Positions 8,184 through 14,748 of a stretch of 14,748 nt of DNA are shown here, piece by piece (position 1 is the first letter of the stretch; each line of letters starts with the position of its first letter). The position numbers were made by a program, and so were the translations under genes. The notes beneath the pieces were generated by a model, which saw nothing but the letters and a program-made list of their open reading frames with translations, was not told the DNA's origin and did no database searches. Source of the stretch: Promethearchaeota archaeon (GTDB lineage: Archaea; Asgardarchaeota; Lokiarchaeia; Sigyniarchaeales; SOKP01); contig JBHLNS010000067.1 in the NCBI GenBank assembly GCA_048941285.1, forward strand, positions 1-14,748. The letters run 5' to 3'.

Positions 8184-8417
8184 TTTACATCAAAATGTTA
8201 TTGAATTTTTTTCATAAGCCTTAAATATAAGATTAATAAAAAATATTTTTGTTTGAAATTAGGGATGAAGAATGTTTATATGTCTTATATAGCAATACAT
8301 CAAAAATATAATTTTGCATAAAATATTCAAAGAAAATTAATTGATATTTGATTATCATAGTTTTAAAATTTACATTTATAATCGACAAAATCGGTTATTT
8401 TCCGACATCTTATAATT

Positions 8418-8433
8418 ATCATTTTAAAATGAT
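8418..8433. promoter_or_regulatory. Perfect 16-bp palindrome in the divergent promoter region
   Basis: ATCATTTTAAAATGAT is its own reverse complement and lies between the divergent starts at 8183 and 8744. Confidence 0.35.
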
Positions 8434-8743
8434 GGGAGGATTTATCTTGCAGATTTACATATTAGGATTTGTGAAATATCTATCTTTCGCGTTTAACTAA
8501 CTGAATAACTAACATTAAGTAAAGATTATTTAGAAATTGGAGTTAGATTTTCCCATTTGTCGTAGGACAAAGTAAACATTTAAATATAGTAATTATTTTT
8601 CTTATTTTAGTAAAAGGGATATTATATACATGGCTTTATGATCATAATTGACATTATTGATAAAAAGTCATTTCAGTCACGTGGAATTAACTCAGGAAAT
8701 CATTTAAGTTAATTCATAATTGGTTAGTCTAAATTTGTAAAGG

Positions 8744-11700
8744 ATGGTGGTCTTAATTTTATTTAGAAAAAAAACTTTAAAAACGGGTTTTATATTAATA
8801 ATTATTTTATTTATATCTATATTTAATTTATATTTTGTGACCTATCTAGATTCATTTTTAACACAAAATTACACAAACTCAATACCGAATACATTTCCTA
8901 TAAAAGGTGATATAAGTGAAGAAACTGAAAGAGACTTGCAAACCAATATTATTACTTGGAGTGAATTATTGAATAATAACCCATATCTCCTTAATTTGAA
9001 TAATATAATTTCCTATTCCGAAAGTGCTTTGGTTAAAGTTCGAGAAGATGAAAAAATTGAGTTTATAGTAAAAAAAGATTCTATGGAATTCTCTTCTCAG
9101 GCTCGAGAATTGCTTTCAGAATATAATGTTGAATTTTTTGAAGAAATTTCAGGGTTTAATGCAAATATTGTTTATATTTCACTAAGTATTCTTGATGAAT
9201 TCATAAATAAAGCTAAATCTACCCCAGGAATCGCATATATTGAACCTAACTTTTATATAGAACTTGATTTTGTACCTAATGATGAATATTATGCAAGTGA
9301 TTTATGGGCTCTACCATTAATTGGTATGGAATCAGCTTGGGATCATGAATTAGGATCGCATGATATAGTTGTTGCAGTTGTTGACACTGGAATTGACTAT
9401 ACACATCCTGACTTGAGTGAAAATTATGTCTCCTTGGGTTATGACTGGGTTAATGACGATAATGATCCGAAGGATGATCATTACCATGGAACTCATTGCG
9501 CAGGTACAATTGCAGCCGTTATTAATAATGAAATTGGAGTTACAGGATTGGCTAATGTTTCTATTTTTGCTGAAAAAGCGTTTAATGCTATTGGATCTGG
9601 TTCGCACGAATCAACTTCATCAGCGATAAGGCATGCGGTGGATATGGGAGCAGATATAATTAGTTGTAGTTGGGGTGGTACTTCTTATTCTGAGCTTTTA
9701 TATGATGCTATTAAATATGCAGTAGAAAATGGTGTACTGGTAATTGCCGCTGCAGGGAATAGTGATTCTGATGATTTGCACTATCCTGCAGCTTATCCAG
9801 AAGTAATAGCAGTAAGTGCTACTGATCAAAATGATGATAAAGCAACTTTTTCGAATTTTGGTGATTGGGTTGATATTTCAGCGCCGGGAGTTGATATTAT
9901 GTCTACTGTACCATATTATACTAGAGGGACTTATTATATGCTCGCATCGGGTACATCTATGGCTACGCCTCATGTATCTGGTTTTGCAGCTTTACTCAAG
10001 AGCGCATATCCAACTAAAAGCGCAATTGAGATTGAAGCTTTAATTTATGATAGTGCTTTAGATTTAGGTGATATTGGTTTTGATCCCGTTTTTGGGAACG
10101 GGAGAATTGATGGAACTACCATCTTTGGACCTGATAACGCTCCACCATCATTTTCAAATTTAATTGAGAGTGCAGACCCCATAGAATTGGGTAATACAGA
10201 AGTTATTTCGATTGATGTAATTGATCCTTCAGGAGTTAACCAAGTTATAATCGAATTTGAAGGGTCTAATCATTCAATGGTAAATATTGGAGGAATCACA
10301 TGGCAATACGACGCTTGGATACCATTAAGTATTGGCAATTATACCTATACGATTTATATGGGAGATAACAATAATAATTGGGGTTCTGTTAGTGGTTCTA
10401 TTAGAGTTGTAGAAAAAGGATCTGATATAACACCCCCAACATATTCAAATTTAATAGAAAGTGCTGATCCCTTAAAATTAGGCAAAACAGAAGTTATCTC
10501 GATTGATGTTACTGATCAATCAGGAGTTAATAAGGTTAACATCGAATTTGAAGGATTAACTCATTCGATGATAAACATTGGAGGTGATACCTGGCAATAC
10601 GACTCTTGGACACCTTCCAGTCCAGGTACTTATACCTACACAATTTATATGGAAGATAATTACGAAAATTTGGCTTCAGTTAGCGGTTCCATTAGTGTAA
10701 TTGATGGAAGTTCGGATACAACTCCACCAACTCTAGTGAAGTTAACTGAAAGTGCAGATCCCTTAGAACTAGGGAATAAAGAGTTGATTTTTGCGGACGT
10801 TATAGACGATTCGGGAGTTAACCAAGTGTTAATTGAATTTGAAGGATCCAACCATTCGATGAGAAGAATTGGTGGTAATGTATGGTTGTATGACTCTTGG
10901 ATTCCCTCAAGCATTGGAATATATCCATATACAATCCATATGGAGGATATTTTTAACAATTGGGGTTCAGTTAGCGATTCAATTGAAGTAATTGAGGGTG
11001 ATTCTGACACCACACCCCCAACATACTCAAATCTAATAGAAAGTGCAGATCCCTTAGAATTGGGTAATACTGAAGTAATCTCAATCGATGTTACTGATCC
11101 TTCAGGTATTAACCAAGTTAGAATCGAATTTGAAGAATCTGTTTATTCAATGACGAATATTGGGGGTGATACTTGGCAATATAACTCGTGGACCCCCTCA
11201 AGTATAGGCATATATCCCTATACAATTTCTATGGAGGATAATAATAACAATTGGGGTTTCGTTAGTGACTCAATCCAAGTTATTGAAGGTGGTTCTGACA
11301 TTACACCACCAACATATTCAAATTTAATAGAAAATGCAGATCCCTTAGAATTGGGTAATACTGAAATAATTTTAATTGATGTTACTGATCCTTCAGGCAT
11401 TAACCAAGTTTTAATTAAAATTGAAGGATTAACTCATTCGATGATAAACATTGGAGGTGATACCTGGCAATACAACTCTTGGATACCTTCAAATACTGGT
11501 TTATTCCCATATACAATATATATGGAAGATAATAATAATAATTGGAATTATGTCAGTGATTCAATTCAAGTACTTGATACTAATCCACCCACATGCATAA
11601 TTCTAACTAATAATACAACACCATTGGAATTAGGGAATTCTAAACTAATCATGGTAAAAGCACGAGATATTTCTGGTATTAATCAAGTTTTAATCGAATA

Positions 11701-13048
11701 TGAAGGATTAACCGACTATTTGACTAATTTAGGTGGAGATGTTTGGCAATATAAGGACTTTTTTCCATCAAATATAGGAAATTGTATTTACACCATAAAA
11801 ATAGAGGATAATAACAATAATTGGAATTCAACTAGCGCTTCTATCGAAGTTAGGGATACAATAGCACCAAATGCTCCTTTATTAATTGATTATCCATGGG
11901 GAGAAGTAAAAGGAAAAATTATCTTTAACTGGGAAGACGGTATTGACCCTTCAGGGATATTGTATTATAGATTGATTATTGATAACGAATCAAATCCTTT
12001 AATTACTCCTGGGAATATATTTGAAATTGAAATTGAAAATTTAGGGTCTGAAAGTAGTTATTTTGAGTTAGAGGAACCTCTAGCATTAGGTACTTATTAC
12101 TTTTTCCTATATCAAACCGATGGATCAGGTCATGAAAGTCCTTCTACAACAGGAACTTTTACAGTAGTATCATTTTCTAATGTAAATAAGGACCAATTTT
12201 CTGCAATAAAATTTTTATGGTGGGTACTCGCTATAGGCGCCGTTTTATCGGTTCCTAGCATTAGCATTGTCGCTATTAAAAGAATAAAGAATGGAAAATC
12301 TAAATTTAATATGGATAATTTTGAAATAAAAAATTTAAAAGGGGAGCTTAAGGATCTCGTTAATAGAAAGAAACAATTACAAAAAGCTGCAGAAACTTCT
12401 ATTAGATACGGTAATTATACTAAAGCTGCGGAATTATATAAAACATGTGAGGATATATCTAACGAAATTTTTAAAAACGGTAATATTACTGAAGCAGAAA
12501 AAACTAAATACTATGCAAATATGAGACACAAAGCTTTTCAAGCTATAGAGCGTAAGGATTCATTTGTTAATTTCCAGATTAACGAATTTTTAACGAAATA
12601 TTTTGATAATATAGGAATAAAGTATTACAGTTATCCTCAAATATATAATAATGGTCAAAGAGCACTTAATGGTTGGATTTTAAATCATACTAAATTCTTA
12701 CAACATCGATTATCAAATCCAAAAAATGGATTAGAATTAGTTCGAGAATTAGGCATTAATCCAGGAATCATATCTCATATAACAGCAATTCAGTTTGTAT
12801 TCACAAATAATTTATCATATGATTCCATTATAGATATTTGCATGAGTCATCAAGGTCAAAATATATTTATGTTCATAATGGGAACGAAATGGCCTTCAAC
12901 ATTCCATAACCACCGTTCTTTTATGCCACCTGAAAACGTAGAAACAATAAATAGAGAAAATATTAGAATAATTAACTATAGTTTACTTGCTGATTTTATT
13001 GGTCTAGAAAATAAAAATAAAAAGTTATTCTTACAAAATTTCTTTTAA
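8744..13048 (+). CDS. Membrane-anchored S8 (thermitase-like) serine protease with Ig-like repeat stalk and a large cytoplasmic C-terminal region
   Basis: 1434 aa. It has an N-terminal signal/TM segment and an I9-like propeptide ending YIEPNF. The catalytic residues are intact: D214 (VVDTG), H248 (HGTHCAG), oxyanion N339 (AAAGN) and S405 (GTSMATPHV). Next come six DxTPP-initiated beta-rich repeats, an FN3/Ig-like unit, a TM helix (FLWWVLAIGAVLSVPSISIVAI, 12212-12277) followed by KRIK, and a 256-aa tail. Confidence 0.92.
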   Translation: MVVLILFRKKTLKTGFILIIILFISIFNLYFVTYLDSFLTQNYTNSIPNTFPIKGDISEETERDLQTNIITWSELLNNNPYLLNLNNIISYSESALVKVREDEKIEFIVKKDSMEFSSQARELLSEYNVEFFEEISGFNANIVYISLSILDEFINKAKSTPGIAYIEPNFYIELDFVPNDEYYASDLWALPLIGMESAWDHELGSHDIVVAVVDTGIDYTHPDLSENYVSLGYDWVNDDNDPKDDHYHGTHCAGTIAAVINNEIGVTGLANVSIFAEKAFNAIGSGSHESTSSAIRHAVDMGADIISCSWGGTSYSELLYDAIKYAVENGVLVIAAAGNSDSDDLHYPAAYPEVIAVSATDQNDDKATFSNFGDWVDISAPGVDIMSTVPYYTRGTYYMLASGTSMATPHVSGFAALLKSAYPTKSAIEIEALIYDSALDLGDIGFDPVFGNGRIDGTTIFGPDNAPPSFSNLIESADPIELGNTEVISIDVIDPSGVNQVIIEFEGSNHSMVNIGGITWQYDAWIPLSIGNYTYTIYMGDNNNNWGSVSGSIRVVEKGSDITPPTYSNLIESADPLKLGKTEVISIDVTDQSGVNKVNIEFEGLTHSMINIGGDTWQYDSWTPSSPGTYTYTIYMEDNYENLASVSGSISVIDGSSDTTPPTLVKLTESADPLELGNKELIFADVIDDSGVNQVLIEFEGSNHSMRRIGGNVWLYDSWIPSSIGIYPYTIHMEDIFNNWGSVSDSIEVIEGDSDTTPPTYSNLIESADPLELGNTEVISIDVTDPSGINQVRIEFEESVYSMTNIGGDTWQYNSWTPSSIGIYPYTISMEDNNNNWGFVSDSIQVIEGGSDITPPTYSNLIENADPLELGNTEIILIDVTDPSGINQVLIKIEGLTHSMINIGGDTWQYNSWIPSNTGLFPYTIYMEDNNNNWNYVSDSIQVLDTNPPTCIILTNNTTPLELGNSKLIMVKARDISGINQVLIEYEGLTDYLTNLGGDVWQYKDFFPSNIGNCIYTIKIEDNNNNWNSTSASIEVRDTIAPNAPLLIDYPWGEVKGKIIFNWEDGIDPSGILYYRLIIDNESNPLITPGNIFEIEIENLGSESSYFELEEPLALGTYYFFLYQTDGSGHESPSTTGTFTVVSFSNVNKDQFSAIKFLWWVLAIGAVLSVPSISIVAIKRIKNGKSKFNMDNFEIKNLKGELKDLVNRKKQLQKAAETSIRYGNYTKAAELYKTCEDISNEIFKNGNITEAEKTKYYANMRHKAFQAIERKDSFVNFQINEFLTKYFDNIGIKYYSYPQIYNNGQRALNGWILNHTKFLQHRLSNPKNGLELVRELGINPGIISHITAIQFVFTNNLSYDSIIDICMSHQGQNIFMFIMGTKWPSTFHNHRSFMPPENVETINRENIRIINYSLLADFIGLENKNKKLFLQNFF
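10133..11854 (+). repeat. Six tandem Ig-like domain repeats (4 x 291 nt, then 2 x 279 nt)
   Basis: Units start at 10133, 10424, 10715, 11006, 11297 and 11576. Consensus: DxTPPTYSNLIESADPLELGNTEVISIDVTDPSGxNQVxIEFEG.xHSMxNIGGDTWQYxSWxPSSIGxYxYTIYMEDNNNNW. Confidence 0.92.
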
Positions 13049-13352
13049 TTAAAATTATTCCTTTGAACTTATAGAGATTAATAATTATATTTTGTATCAA
13101 CCTCTGTACTTAACTTCTCTACAGACTAATACAAGATAATTAGATTAAGATTTATATGCTTTATTAATTGAATCGTATAATCTGATAAAAATTTTTAAAG
13201 ATTACCTTATTTGAAGTTATTACGTTTTTATTTGGAGTTGTATATCAATTTTTAGGTTCGATATTATTTTTTATTTAAATTAATCAATGCTAAATAATAT
13301 CATTTCCATTTTTGTAAACTATAACAAAAAATTTAAATTCATATTTATCCAA

Positions 13353-13379
13353 TTATATAATGTGACTTTTTAAGTCACA
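13353..13379 (+). promoter_or_regulatory. Putative TATA box (TTATATAA) immediately followed by an 8-bp inverted-repeat operator
   Basis: TTATATAA at 13353-13360 is followed by TGTGACTT-ttt-AAGTCACA at 13361-13379, about 50 nt upstream of the ATG at 13430. Confidence 0.55.
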
Positions 13380-13429
13380 AAAATGTGAAATTCAAAGGTG
13401 ATGAGAAAAAAAAAAAAATATGAGCACCA

Positions 13430-14227
13430 ATGAAATTAGATGACAGCAATAAAAGATATTCACACTTTATTGCAGGGATTCTGATAATATCCTTGGCTTC
13501 TATTTTCTTGGCGTGCGCATTGGGGGTATGGGATCATAAAGTTATTTCCAATAACAACCCACTTCCAAATGGAGTGGTTACATCATGGAGTAACGGAAAT
13601 AAAATTACTGAGAATAATGATTTTGTTATTCCTCCAGGAGTAGCTTCCTTACCAACACACGAAAAAGTTTGTAGAAAACTTGACACTGTTGAAGGTTGGA
13701 TATTTTTTGACCAAGTCCCAGTTGAGGATCTCCCATTAACCATAACTCAAGCTGTGGTTGATGATTGGGGATACGCTCATGCTTATTCATATGGTGGTTA
13801 TTCATTCGTCGAGGGTGGTGCAGACCTTTATCAAAAGGATGATGGATGGATAGGTTCGATTACCTATAGTATAGAAGGAACTCCAGTAGAAACTACCGAA
13901 ATTGCAGTAGGTATTGACTTGGATGGAGATACCATCATGGAGGATGACTATACAGTAATGGATTACACTATAAAATTAACATTAGACCAAGCTGTAATTA
14001 ATATTGATAGTAATCACTTACCACAATTATATGATAGTGGCTGGATGTGGGCTTATGATTGTCCACCAGTCGAAGACCTAGATAAAGAAGTCGTATTTAA
14101 GGAAAAAATGAAATGGGAAGGTTGTCATCAAAATGACCAACAATTCCGTGTAATGTTGGCATACATACGTATGCTCCGGAGTCCCGAACTCCCGATTAAA
14201 AATTTCATCGCCAGTTTTGAGCAATAA
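13430..14227 (+). CDS. Secreted or membrane-anchored acidic protein of unknown function
   Basis: 265-aa ORF with an N-terminal hydrophobic stretch (FIAGILIISLASIFLACALGVW) and an acidic, aromatic, beta-rich body containing a DLDGD motif. No family recognised. Confidence 0.75.
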   Translation: MKLDDSNKRYSHFIAGILIISLASIFLACALGVWDHKVISNNNPLPNGVVTSWSNGNKITENNDFVIPPGVASLPTHEKVCRKLDTVEGWIFFDQVPVEDLPLTITQAVVDDWGYAHAYSYGGYSFVEGGADLYQKDDGWIGSITYSIEGTPVETTEIAVGIDLDGDTIMEDDYTVMDYTIKLTLDQAVINIDSNHLPQLYDSGWMWAYDCPPVEDLDKEVVFKEKMKWEGCHQNDQQFRVMLAYIRMLRSPELPIKNFIASFEQ

Positions 14228-14256
14228 AGTTATATTTGTCTTTTAAGATTGCTGTG

Positions 14257-14332
14257 TGATCGACCTTGATTCATTGAGGATTGACCTCGATCATCGGTCT
14301 ATCAATGCTTTTTTTTTTTTCTTTTTCTTTTT
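14257..14332 (+). terminator. Long imperfect hairpin followed by T tracts; probable terminator of 13430..14227
   Basis: TGAT-c-GACC-tt-GAT...GAGG-attga-CCTC...ATC-GGTC-t-ATCA (14257-14304) is followed by T12 at 14309-14320 and further T runs, between convergent genes. Confidence 0.55.
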
Positions 14333-14419
14333 AAAAAAATATTAATTAACAGTTTATTTTGTCAAAAAAAAAATAAGGATATACCTCTTTAACATATGGA
14401 ATAAAAATTTTTTATATTA

Positions 14420-14746
14420 TTAGAAAATGAAAAATAATAATAGTAAACTGATTAAAGTTAGGCCAAGATATAAAATACCGTTAACTTTCCTTTGTTGTTT
14501 TTCATCTATTCTCTTAAATGTTTTGCTAGTTTTTATGATCATAGTCGTGATCCCTAAAGCAACTCCTAATGTTCCTACAAAAGTAATACTTGTTAGTCTA
14601 GTTAATTCAAACCAATTAAAGGGTTTCTTTATTATAATAATTACATCTTGGACTGCGATGTGGCCCAATGTATCATTAGCGTAAAATCTAATTGAAATTA
14701 AATCTCCATTAGAACTGAATTTCCAAACATTGTACCATTTTTCTTG
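14420..14746 (-). CDS. C-terminal part of a surface protein (Ig-like domain end plus two TM helices); start lies beyond the window
   Basis: The frame is open to the window edge (QEKWYNVWKFSSNGDLISIRFYANDTLGHIAVQDVIIII...), so the 14668 TTG start in the ORF track is an edge artefact. The W..NG.I.IRFYAND.LG motif is typical of Ig-like repeats I recall from Lokiarchaeal surface proteins. Two hydrophobic helices end the protein. Confidence 0.8.
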   Translation of the reverse strand, partial: QEKWYNVWKFSSNGDLISIRFYANDTLGHIAVQDVIIIIKKPFNWFELTRLTSITFVGTLGVALGITTMIIKTSKTFKRIDEKQQRKVNGILYLGLTLISLLLLFFIF

Positions 14747-14748
14747 AT

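Noticed and set aside
9350-11400. Short ORFs 9350..9607, 9417..9629, 9816..10043, 10660..11013 and 11218..11400
   Set aside because: They are alternate-frame or antisense shadows inside the S8 protease gene, with no independent motifs.
3119-11854. Tandem repeats as a CRISPR array or DGR template/variable pair
   Set aside because: The repeats are in-frame coding units with mostly synonymous or dispersed differences. There are no unique spacers, no adenine-specific mismatch pattern that I could see, and no cas or reverse transcriptase gene.
13401-13432. A13 tract after the ATG at 13401 as a phase-variable extension of the 13430 gene
   Set aside because: The length change that would bring 13401 into frame gives ATA-TGA, an immediate stop. 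Long homopolymers are common in this window.
14262-14300. Possible eukaryote-like SECIS element (AUGA...GA on the minus strand, downstream of the edge gene)
   Set aside because: Only about 17 nt and a 4-bp stem lie between the GA motifs, too short for SECIS helix II. There is no in-frame TGA in the visible part of the gene.
13534-14684. ORFs 13534..13743 (-) and 14427..14684 (+)
   Set aside because: Each is antisense to a better-supported CDS.

Overview
This AT-rich window has archaeal-style genes. Its content (SIR2-like/TPR fusion, TcmP/LCM-type methyltransferase, 'FYAND.LG' Ig-like surface protein, ESCRT-like domains) suggests an Asgard archaeon, probably Lokiarchaeia; this is inferred. 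There are seven complete CDSs and one CDS whose 5' end lies beyond the right edge. No rRNA, tRNA, CRISPR, transposase or reverse transcriptase was seen. The best lead is a tightly coupled minus-strand gene pair. 6498..8183 reads by eye as a RadA-type helix-hairpin-helix domain, then a Bro1/ALIX-like domain, then a C-terminal Vps23/TSG101 steadiness-box-like hairpin. 5971..6495 is a two-TM membrane protein with tandem winged-helix-like domains. Together they form a candidate non-canonical, membrane-anchored ESCRT adaptor module that may bind DNA. On one side is a SIR2-TPR protein whose NADase motifs look inactivated. On the other is a receptor-like subtilase (protease, six Ig-like repeats, TM, 256-aa cytoplasmic tail with a possible pseudo-nuclease). 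All domain calls come from motif reading and remembered consensus sequences, not from searches.
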